Assembly: GCA_973895155.1 (NCBI GenBank)
Contig: OZ316897.1
Coordinates: 14,507,375-14,571,374, forward strand
Origin: Marsupella aquatica
Lineage: Eukaryota; Plantae; Marchantiophyta
Reading direction: 5' to 3'
Length of the DNA stretch: 64,000 nucleotides
Shown: positions 54,101 through 64,000 of the stretch, in pieces
Position numbering within the stretch: position 1 is the stretch's first letter
How the letters are laid out: the number at the start of each line of letters is the position of its first letter
Translations under genes and position numbers: made by a program
Notes under the pieces: model-generated
What the model was told of the DNA's origin: nothing
The model's database searches: none
The model's input: the letters and a program-made list of their open reading frames with translations, nothing else

Positions 54101-55529
54101 CTGTAGAAATTTCCCTGCGGTACATTACTTCTAAATTATGCGTTTCTTGTTGCTGCGACAGGCTCTGGCTCATGAGAGTGCTTTGGTATCAGTGATGAGA
54201 CATGCAACGCGTTCTGGCACATAACAGGGCTCTATACTAGGTGTCTCATGTTCTCTACTATGCAGGAAGATCTGTATGTGTTGAGGGCAAAGTTTCCTCT
54301 GCATGGAATGAGGATGGGGTAGGAAAGGAATTAGAGATACGGTGACTACAGGAGAACTTCAGTCGAATGTTGAATCCATCCCAAAGATTTAATTATAAAA
54401 TGCGATTCAGTCTAACTAGAATAGTGACATAGTTTCATGTACAGAATCTCAGAAAATGTCATTCATAATTCAAAATTTCATGAATTTCCAAGCTAGATGA
54501 GCGATCGCATCACTTTCCCACAGCTAAAAAACCAAGGCAAATAAGGACAGTGGTTGACATACCACAGCCAAGTAAAATTGAGTGGGCAGCTGTCCGTCCA
54601 TTTCGCAAAATTACCGTTGCATCACGGAAAAGAAACTTCAGTTCCGAGTAATAATCAACAGTAGAGCGTCACCACAAAGGAACATGTCAATATGGAGTCC
54701 TTCATAGAAAAGATACGACGATATAAGCCAAGGAGAGCAAAAATACTTACAGTGCCTGGATTAATCCAACATCCAAGAAGATTGAAAACATCTCTGCAAA
54801 AGGGTCCAAACATGGAGGATTTAGTATTTGCAAGAGCAACTGCAAAGGAGCACCATCCAAAATTTGTCCAATTCGCAAGGACGGTCAAAACTCTAACTTA
54901 TGACAAGCAGCAAACAACCCGCGACGGACAGAAATAATGACTAGTAGTGCACAAACAGATTACTCAGTGTCAATAGATAACAATCAATCTCATACATAAA
55001 CTCACCAAGCCATTCAGTCCTGATTCGCCATTGAATAGCTTATTCAGAAAACTATATTAAACCCTACTCGACGCGCATGGCCATTATAATGAGAGAAGAA
55101 CCAAAAATGGGCAGAAGGAAAGATTGTCATCAAAGCCAAAATCAATTCAGAGGATCATGATACCGATTGTGGAACGATCCTGCACGGATGTTTGACACAG
55201 GGTACGTCGTTGGCAGAGAGCTGGAGAAAGAACATAAACTCACACTTCAGAGTCACAGAGACAGAGAGGACCCTGCGAGAAGGCAATTGCGGAATGGGGT
55301 AATACCCGATCATCCATGTGAAGATGAATGCGAGAGAGATACCCTCGACATTCCCGGATCTCCAATTGTCCACGATTTGAGGAATTTCCGCGATTGCCCA
55401 GCAGATTATGCTCGTGATACCCAAAACGAATGAGATCAGGTCCCTCCGGTTGCAGATACAATCCAGAAAGTATGATAGAGCCCATGTTGAGCAAGTTTGG
55501 TCTGCAGGACATTCCCAGTTCAATCCCAT
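51180..55529 (-). CDS. PQ-loop membrane protein (PQLC2/YPQ-like vacuolar amino acid transporter), multi-exon
   Basis: First exon AEIPQIVDNWRSGNVEGISLAFIFTWMIG, then DVFNLLGC and LPTQFY. Second PQ loop GRLPQIILNW. Last exon MTSQFLIHH...ILQ*. Middle exons were not fully resolved. Confidence 0.85.
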
Positions 55530-56833
55530 GGCTGTCTACAACCTCTCTTGATGTAGACAAAGAGTTATGAATCCCGGTCTCGGCGCTGAAGCACCCTGGC
55601 TCAGTAGAGTGTATCTCCCGTCATCTCCAGGCCCTAGCTCACGATGATCATCCTCTGCTCTGTCCTTCTAAATTTGCCTTCAACGACCCTCCCGTAATGG
55701 TAATCATGCACAACTAAGCTCCACCGCAAGATATGCTCACATCATCTACCGTGTCGGCACTCCTCAGCTCCCTGGACATTCGTTCTAAGTACCTGTTAAA
55801 TCTGTGGTCAGCCACACTGGCATTGTTCGGACTTGACGAGGTGGTTCAAATGACATCATTTAAGCGACCCGGATTTCCCGCTGGCACATGTATGAAATCT
55901 AACAGTGCCTAGTCCCGTCAAATTGTAAGGTCCCAAGCTTGGACATAGTACCTAATTGCCCCCAGCTTCTTCAGAAGAATGACACCCCACAGATTGACTG
56001 TAATTGCCGAGAATTCCGTCGCCTCCACTTGTCCACCTGAATAACCCCGACTGTCATGCTGCTCCTAAGCGCAAATCGCGCCCATGAGGTTTATTGCGTA
56101 ACGTAAAAGCAACAGAATATTAGATGTTATTCAAACTTTAATAACATCTAATATTCAAAATTAAAAGCGAGATTAGAAGCAATAAACATAAATACATCAA
56201 TTATGATTAATTAGGGAGAACAGAATTTGCACAATGTTGAACCGTCCAAGAAGAGCTCGACGATCGCAGCCTCCACGAAGACACGGTACACTCTGCAACA
56301 CCCAGTGCAGTGAACATGCAAAGATCAAATTAGAGTTCCGGACTGCCAATTCCAAGCTGGAGGCGCGAAAAACAGCAGCGCACCAGGCTCAGGGCTGAAA
56401 CAGAGCACGGAGCTCAATTTCGTTGGACAGCAACATCATCCTAACCGACATTGATCCACCCACTTGACCTCTGGCCGTTTCGTTTTCATGGGTCTTTCGC
56501 CCAGCTCGTTCTCTCTCGGTGAAGTGCCTGTCCCGTCTTCCAACGAGCTGCAAACGTGCCTGTCCCGCCTTCCCCCTTCCAACGAGCTGCAAACGTTCAG
56601 TCGTCAGTCCCCCTCCAGCACAACTGCTCCACTAGATGAGGCCCAACATCATGCAATCATCCTCGCCGCCCATGACTACTCGCTCTTCTTTCCATTACTC
56701 CATTCCCTCGAATGCGAAAGGGCAAAAGCATGGCACTGTGTGTTGTGGCCATCAGGACACGGAGAAGAGGAGTGGAGGCTCTCAAATTAATCCAGAGAAA
56801 GGATTCAGTGTGTGCATTAACTTGGAGGGACTC

Positions 56834-57682
56834 TGTCGCGAGGACTTAAATTAGGGGGTCCTTGGGCAAACTGCGCGTTTCTGGCTGCACCGGGACAGGC
56901 GACAAGCACTTTTTGGAGCAAACTCTCACTCCTTTATATTTTTTACTTTTCTCACAAAGGTTACAATGGGTGCCCTCGAGTAAGCTTGCCCGCAAGAGTC
57001 TGGTAGCTGGCCCTACGGCAAGCCGCTACCTCTAACTTGTCGAGCTGAACCCCTCGAGTGACTAACTACTCGAAATTTGACGGAAAAACCCTCCTCCTTA
57101 GCTCACAAAACCAAAACTTGACTAGCTACTTCACTAGTCTAAAACAGCTCACACGGAACTCGGGCTTGGACCAACGAGGCTCCAGACTCGAGAAATCCCT
57201 GCCTGGATCGACGAGGCTCCCGAACTTGAGAAATCCCTGCCTGGATCGACGAGGCTCCCAAACTTGAGAAAATCCCCGCCTAGATCGAAAACTCCACACC
57301 TGGATCCAACACTTGCCCGGAACTCCAAAATCGCCGCACAACAGTCGAGTTCCGCAGAACCGAGCGGAACTCACAGAACGCAACTCAACAGATCCCAATA
57401 AACAACCGCCAACCTCAATGAGCCGAGGCTCAAGTCTTAAGTAGTAACGGAAACCCAACCATCCAGCCTGAGCCAGCTGCCATCAGCGAGGCTCATCCAA
57501 ACTTCAAGCCTGGTGACTCTCCCAAACACCAAACCTGGTGACGACGAGTCACCCAATCACCAAACCTCAATCCATCCAACCAAGCAGCCCCTCCGAGTCA
57601 GCATGCACGCAACCCAACCGGGAGGCCTTGCCCATCATTCCCTATAAAAGTCATTCTTGAGCCGAAATCTTTCGGCACGACA
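56834..57682 (-). mobile_element. 3' LTR (849 bp) of a Ty3/gypsy element
   Basis: On the minus strand a polypurine tract GGGGGAGGA directly precedes TGTCG..., and the LTR ends ...CGACA. It contains internal ~37-bp repeats at ~57170-57290. Confidence 0.85.
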
Positions 57683-57727
57683 TCCTCCCCCAGTAAACTT
57701 GAGCAGCCTCTGGTCTGCTCCAATCCA

Positions 57728-60020
57728 TCAGATTTCCTCCAAGTCTGAGTCCGAACTCGAGCCATGCGCCTGGACCACTTCCTCCTCAAGAAACTCAAAC
57801 CCAAAGCCTTCAGATCCGGCCTTAGGCACTCCACTTTCCAGAAACTCGAAGTCCAACTCATCCGAATCGGAACCAACCAAGCCACTCTTGAAACTCAAGT
57901 CCATCGGATGCGCTTGGACCAGCGCCTCGTCTTTGAATTCACTCAAGTCGGAACTTGAGTCCATTCCCTTCTCGGTCCTCCTCTTGAAGATCTTCACCCT
58001 TTTCCCTGCGTAAGGTACTTGGTGAACCGTTCCATCCAACTCCCGAATAGAATAGGTCGCATTCGCATGAACAGCAACCACCACATACGGACCTTGCCAC
58101 CTCCGAGCAAACTTGTTTCGGCTCAAGTGGTGCTCGTCTAACTTACTCTCATAAATCAGAACCCAATCCCCTTCCTTAACCAAGACAGGCCTCAACCGAT
58201 GAGTCCTGTTGAACCTGCCCTTGTTCCTTAACCTCGCCATCTTCAATTGCTTCCGAGCCACCTCAATCTTCGCAGGTAACAAGTTGAAGTGTTCGATCCT
58301 TCGAACCAACAACTCCTCTCTCAAAACTTCAACTTTCCAACCAATCAGTCGCCAGCTGCAAACGTCTTCCTCGAGTGGCATCATCAGCAAGTGCCCAGTA
58401 AGTAGCTCAGCCGGAACATATCCGGTCACTGAGCTACAAGTTATCCGATCCGCTAACAGAGCAAGTGGAAGGAGACTCGACCACCTGCCCAAGTCCCCAT
58501 CACAAGCCTTAGCTAAAGCTCTCACAATCTGAATATGCCCCCTTTCAGATTTCCCATTGCCTTCTGGATTGTAACTCGAAGCCAGCTTCAGTTTGATGCG
58601 GTATTGGTCAAAAAACTCTTGCGCTTCCTTGGAGCTGAGCTCCCCCCTATCAGCTCTGATCCTTGTAAAGCATCCGTGCCTTGCAATGATGTCCTCAAGT
58701 ATGAACTAGCAAACGGCAGCAGTAGTGTTTGAAACCAACTCTCTCCCTTCCACATAAGAAGACAAGTCTTCTCTCGCCAAAACCAAGTATCTCGCCCCAT
58801 TGCTCTCCCTTGGGAGGTACACCACATCAACAGCCCATTGAAAGTGTAGAGCCACGGGGTAAGTCGGAACCAATCCATCCCTATGTCGGATCCTTGAGTA
58901 AAACTAGCAAATCTCGCAAGTCTCGACATAGTCTCGAACGGCCAAGTATAAACCTGGCCACCAGTACAGCTTCCGAACCCTCTCATAAGTTGAATGCACC
59001 CCTTTGTGCCCAGCCATGTCAGCATCATGACACTCTTTGAGAATTCGGTCTTTCTCCTCTTTGGTATCCACGACCCTCTGCAACAACTGACTCGGGTCCT
59101 TATGCCTTCGCCACAAGTAGCCCTCTCTCAATAGGAACTTGTAAGATCTCTTCCGGATCTTGACGAACTCTTGGTAACTCCACTCTGGTTGCTTCTCCAA
59201 AGTGCTAATGTAATGCCCGATATCCAGCAACTCTCCCGAGTAGAGTCCATCCTTGAACTCTAGCTTCCAACACTTTCGGTTCCGGTCACCTTGCCAACTC
59301 TTGTCGCTACCTCATTTCCAAATCTCGCTCTTGACAGCATGTCGGCAACCGGATTATCCTTGCCCACAATATGACTTAGCTCAGGGTTGAACATCCGAAT
59401 GAAAGCGATCCACCTGAGCATTGCTATGTCAGGCGTGTCACAATTCGCAATCATTCCCAACAGCGATTGGCAATCAGTCTCAACCACCACCGGCGCCCCA
59501 ATCAAATAGTTCCTCTCCTGATGGAGTGCCACTTTGGCACCCCAAAGCTCCCTCTTAACTTGGGCATATCTCCTCTGCCTTTCCGTAAAGATTTTCGCCC
59601 CAAATCTGATAGCATACCGTTCCCCATTCTTGTCATCTTGCCCAATAGCCCACCCGGCTGCGAACGGACTCGCATCAACAGTCATGATCAGTGGTCGCCC
59701 GCTCTCATAGTCCGCAGCTCGGAGAACTGGTGGGCTCATGAGAGCGCTCTTGAGCTTGGCCATTGCTTCACTATGCTCGGGTAACCATCTCCACTTAACC
59801 TTTTTCCTCAGCAGCTCATAGAGCAGGTCCGCAAGGTGCAAGAAGTGAGGGATCCAGATCTTGTAGAAGACACAAGCACCCAGAAACCTCCGAAGTTCAG
59901 GCACCGATTCGCAATCCTTCATCTCGCCAATAGCTCTCACCTTGTCCATGTTTGGCTTCCTTCCATAAGATCCGCACATTTGCCCAACGACTTTCACCTC
60001 TTTCATCCCGAATTCAGACT
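57728..60020 (-). mobile_element. Degenerate Ty3/gypsy pol (end of RT, RNase H, integrase), 5'-truncated
   Basis: RT thumb LRRFLGAC; RNase H TVDAS, YAQVKRE, ETDC and NPVADMLSR; integrase H-x5-H..CEIC with core DVV, RADRG and SERG. Domain order is RT-RH-INT. There is a frameshift near 59260 and in-frame stops near 58904 and 58706. Confidence 0.92.
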
Positions 60021-60021
60021 T

Positions 60022-60250
60022 CCCGGGGTCCTCACTTATTTCCTTCCGACCCATCACGCGCGAAAAAGTATAGGGTTTTTTAATTCAATTTTGTGGAAGA
60101 CTTTAGAATTTTTGTTGAAGAACTATAGGGGTTGAAAAATATATCTTGCAACTTAGAAGAATATTAGGGGTATTATAAACACCACTTCTTCAATATAAGT
60201 TGTTAGTTGAAGATAGGGCATTTTTGGCCTGGCCATATATGAGGAACACG
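60022..60250. mobile_element. MITE copy 3 (inverted) at the gypsy truncation point
   Basis: It starts cccggggtcctcact. Its reverse complement matches copy 1 (ttttcaacccctatag, aagtcttcc, ccctata..cgtgatg, aagtga..cccc). Confidence 0.6.
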
Positions 60251-60299
60251 TGTCTGTTTTTAATTGGTCCACGTGGCCCATCCTTATGTAAACAGGTTA

Positions 60300-63165
60300 T
60301 AGTGCTTAATGGGGGTTTCATGGTGGCCTTAAGACGAGCACTAAGGGACTAAATTTGAATTTTTTGGGCGGGACGTGGATGGTTTGGTGGACCACAAGGG
60401 GGGAAGGGGAAGGGTTGGGGTAGGAAGTGTCGGGGACATCCATTCTCCCAGGTGCAACTGCCAAATTCTTTGTAGATGGCTGTGGGTGTTTAGGGGGCGA
60501 ATCTCGCAGGGCCATCTATCCATCCATTTGGAGGGGCATCCAACGATCAGGGCAAAGGCAAATATGAGCCGTTTAGGGCAAATGTTGGACCGTTGGATGG
60601 GAGGTAGGGTTTAGCTTTGCAAAGGGAAGTGCACACGAGAGTGCACAAGATGAGTCGCGATGAGTTGCGCATCGAAGGTTGGGTGCTGCCTCTGTTTTTT
60701 TTTAAGGAAAGTAGTGCATTCTGTGAAGGAAGTTGCGAGCTAGAACGAGAGTTCGATTGACTGCTGCACAAGCTTGCGTTGAGGTTGGTGGATGTGAGGT
60801 GACAGTGGTTGCGCAAGGTCAGTTGAAGGAGGTGGGCGCTCATTGAGGTCGACTAAGTGGGAGGCTTTGGCAACTCGGGAGATTGAGGTTCTCCCAATCA
60901 ATGTGCTGCGATCCCTTACGGAGCACTTGGAAAAGGCTAGGCAGAGAGCGAGCTTGAAGGCAAAGGGAGAGGGGCAAGATTGAAGGCAAGTTGAACGTTG
61001 GGGCAAGCTTGAAGGTCGGGGCAAGCTTGAAGGCCCGGGGCAAGCTTGAAGGCGAAGGGCGAAAGCGTGACTCCACAGGTCGAACTGAAGACTGAGGTAT
61101 TCCTCCCTTTCTTTGAACTTTTCCTCTTGGCTGACCTCCTTGATCCCTTTTTGTTTGTCGAGTGCTTCCCTGCTTTTCGTGCTGCTCCCTTCAATCGAGT
61201 TGCTCCCTTCAATCGTGATGCTTCCTTCGTTTTAAGCTGCTTGTGCAAGTTGCTGCCTTCAATCATGTTGTTTCCTCAATCGTGTTGCTTCCTTCGTAGA
61301 TAGTGGACAAAGTTTGCACTCAGGGTCTTGATCTTTTCTTGAAGGAAATGCTTAGACTCAGGTTGGTTGCTGCGGCAATGACTGAGCTTGCTGCACACGG
61401 TGGGCATTTCTGGGTATTGCTTCGAGCTTTTTTGAAGGAAATGCTTACACATGGGATGGGCATTGTGGCTCTGTTGATCAAACTTAGGTGGCAGCTGCGA
61501 GTCTATTCAGCTGCAAGTCTGTTCAGCTGCGAGCGTGATCTACTGCGATTTTGATCAGCTGCAGTCATTCTGGGAGTGAAAGTGATCGGGAAATTGTGGG
61601 TGTTGCTTCAAGTTGGGCGCTCAGCTGGGCATTGCAACTATGATCGAGGTGTAGCTGAAGTTGGGGCTAAAGTCAATTGCATGAACGTGGGCGTTGCGAC
61701 TGAGTGTGATCAAGGTCACGGCTGCGACTGTCCTGCTGGGTGCTGCGGTGAAGGTTGCCACTGGGTGCTGCGGTTGTGTTTGAGCAACTAGCTGAAATAT
61801 CAAACTGAAGGGTCGTCTTTGGTGTAGCGGCCGTGTTGGAGCAGCTGATTGATCAATCAAGCTGAAGGTCAATCGATCGATCAAGACTGTACATGTTGAG
61901 ATTGGACCGGGCACCAGGGAGCTGATTGACCTTGGTAGGATGCACTGTCATTCGATCTGCAAGTACTTGTGGTGGAGTTCTCTTTCATTGTCCTGCTAGT
62001 TTTCAATTGCTTCCTTTGATTCATTGTGATTTGATTACTTGGTAGATCAAGCTTTGTTGGGGGCACCGTTTGTCATACTGCGCTAATGCTGGTGAAAGTT
62101 GTCTCTGTCTCATGCCCAAAAATGGTGAAGGAACTGATTGTCAACTTCACAGTCGATCACATTTGGTCCTTAGTTCTCTATTTGCGCTTGCATGTTGGCT
62201 CTTGGTGAAGGTAAGGGCAGGTCTTGTTTGTGTGTGTCAACTTTGAAAGTTGTCTCATGGTCCTTTCAATGTCAGCTCGACTGTCTATTGTAGTCTGTGG
62301 TAGAAAATGTTGTCCTTTCAATGTCAGCCCGATTGTCTGTTGTAGTCTGTGGTAGAAAATGTTGTAGTCTATCTCAATGGTCCACTTCTGAGTTCCCTGC
62401 AGTTTGTCTATGAGATTTGGATTGAAAATGCTGGAAGGGAACTGATTGTGAGAAAATGTCAGTGGGATCGACTCCATTGCCAATTTCACATTTTTCTTTG
62501 CTTGGAGATTTTGCATGCCTGATTAGTCTATCTTATGTGTTTTACTTCTTGCAAGTAGGATTGTAGGCGCCCTTGCCATAGCAGCGTCCTCAACAACTCC
62601 TGTTTCAATCCTGATTAATTGATTGGATTAGTCTCACTGTAAGTTGTTCAACAGTGATTGTTCATAGTGGTATTTGTTCAATGCAATCTTGAATAACATT
62701 CATTTGAATGGCTCTATGTTGAATGTGCAGCTTATCCAACAAGAGGATTTGTTCCACGTCTATAGCTTGGAGCCAATAATTGCCAAGGTATATTATCTCT
62801 GGCCTAGCTCTGGCTGAAGTTGAATTGAAAGTTCATTTCATGATCTATAGTGAGACTTCCATGTCATGCCGCTATTTTCCAGAGTTCTCAAGATTACTGT
62901 TTGTTCAAGTTCTTCCCTGCCCGCTTCCTTGTATCTTTGGTGTTTGGTCTTCTTGGATGTGTTATTATAGATCTTCACTCTAGCAGGATTGATTGGCTCA
63001 AGCTTCTTGCAGATGGATTGGCTTAATTACGATGTAGTCGAAGCATCTTTTGTGTTAGGTCTTCTTGGATTTAATTGTTATTCTAGATCTTGACTCGAGC
63101 TTGCGGGATTTATTGGCTTGAGCTTCTTGCAGGATGGATTGGCTTACGATGTAGTCAAAGCATCT
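60300..63165. mobile_element. Degenerate repeat-rich, probably retroelement-derived sequence
   Basis: Short broken ORFs, 18-19-bp gcaagcttgaag repeats (~60945-61055), a duplicated tgtagtctgtggtagaaaatgttgt, and a ~115-bp tandem duplication at ~62945-63165. No diagnostic domain seen. Confidence 0.35.
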
Positions 63166-63401
63166 CAGAAGCTTCAGCAATATACCAGGGTTTATATGTG
63201 AACCTTGTGGAAGGAGCAAGCCTCAAGATACACCATTTGTTGCAGCTCTTGCTAGTCAGATAAGAGATCAATAAAAGGTATGCTTTTGTTTATGATATAT
63301 GCTATGTAGTTGCACCAATAACCTCAATTGGCTATTCACTGTTTAATGAATGTTGAGGGGCTACAACATGGATGCTGAGTAAATGAATGTGGTGTGCATA
63401 G

Positions 63402-64000
63402 GTAAATCCACTATCCAGCAACTTATCCAACAAGCAGAGATGGCTTCTAATGTGCCCAGGATTGACATATTTTCCCACAAGGAGCACCACCGCATGGATC
63501 CTCCTTGTTGTTTCTTTTGTGATGAGACAGATGATGTGGTATTTTGTGATGGGCCTTGTAGTAGACATTTTCACTTTGTTGGTGGAGAAGGTATACATGG
63601 GCCTGCTTGCACTCCTGTCACACTGCCTGAAAACAATGACTGGACGGCACCATGGGTTTGTCAACTATGTGCTGCTGGCAAAGCTAGATGCTTTGCTTGT
63701 GGACTCATTGGCAGATTTGAGCACCCCACAGAAAATGAATCTCTTGTGCTCCATTGTGCCCACCCCGATTGCTTTTCTCATTACCACCCTGGTTGCCTTA
63801 GGGTGTTGCTTATGGTTGCAGCACTGTCTCAAAGGTCTCAGCCAGGGAATCCAAAGAGCCTAATGTGCCCAAGGCACTTTTGTGAGTATTGTAAAGTGTA
63901 CAAGGATGGGATTAAGGACTTTGTCCAGTGTCGTAGGTGCCCTCGAAGTTGGTGTCATGATGAGACAACTGGGGGAGTGAAACACCTTAGGAGGTGTGTG
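63402..64000 (+). CDS. EDM2/NSD-type composite (triple) PHD finger module, partial; runs off the window
   Basis: Open frame after a catag acceptor: CFFCDETDDVVFCDGPCSRHFH...WVCQLCAAGKARCFACG...LHCAHPDCFSHYHPGC...LMCPRHFCEYC...FVQCRRCPRSW. Cys/His spacing matches the EDM2 PHD cluster. It is absent from the ORF track because no stop lies in the window. Confidence 0.8.

Noticed and set aside
63450-63863. 137-aa hydrophobic ORF from the track
   Set aside because: Off-frame overlap of the PHD-finger frame, which has much stronger motif support.

Overview
Eukaryotic land-plant nuclear DNA with spliceosomal GT-AG introns. A non-seed plant such as a liverwort or other bryophyte is my inference only. 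I reconstructed these host genes by hand: an intronless, divergent Sec61-alpha; pTAC5 (coiled coil, peptidoglycan-binding domain, DnaJ-type zinc finger); a tail-to-tail pair of carbonyl-reductase-type SDRs, one frameshifted; COQ4; an intronless 417-aa orphan ORF; an AT-hook/GNAT/tandem-BRCT gene (BCP2-like); a Zn-dependent class IV/bacterial-like deacetylase with a probable transit peptide; and a PQ-loop transporter. There are two transposon islands. The first (~9.4-21.2 kb) holds two non-autonomous Helitrons carrying satellites, a MITE family, a CACTA-like terminus and a decayed multi-exon gene. The second (~56.8-64 kb) holds a 5'-truncated Ty3/gypsy element with its 3' LTR, a MITE and degenerate repeats. 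At the right edge is an open frame missed by the ORF track, encoding an EDM2/NSD-type composite PHD module in TE-like sequence. Exon boundaries come from manual reading and are unverified.
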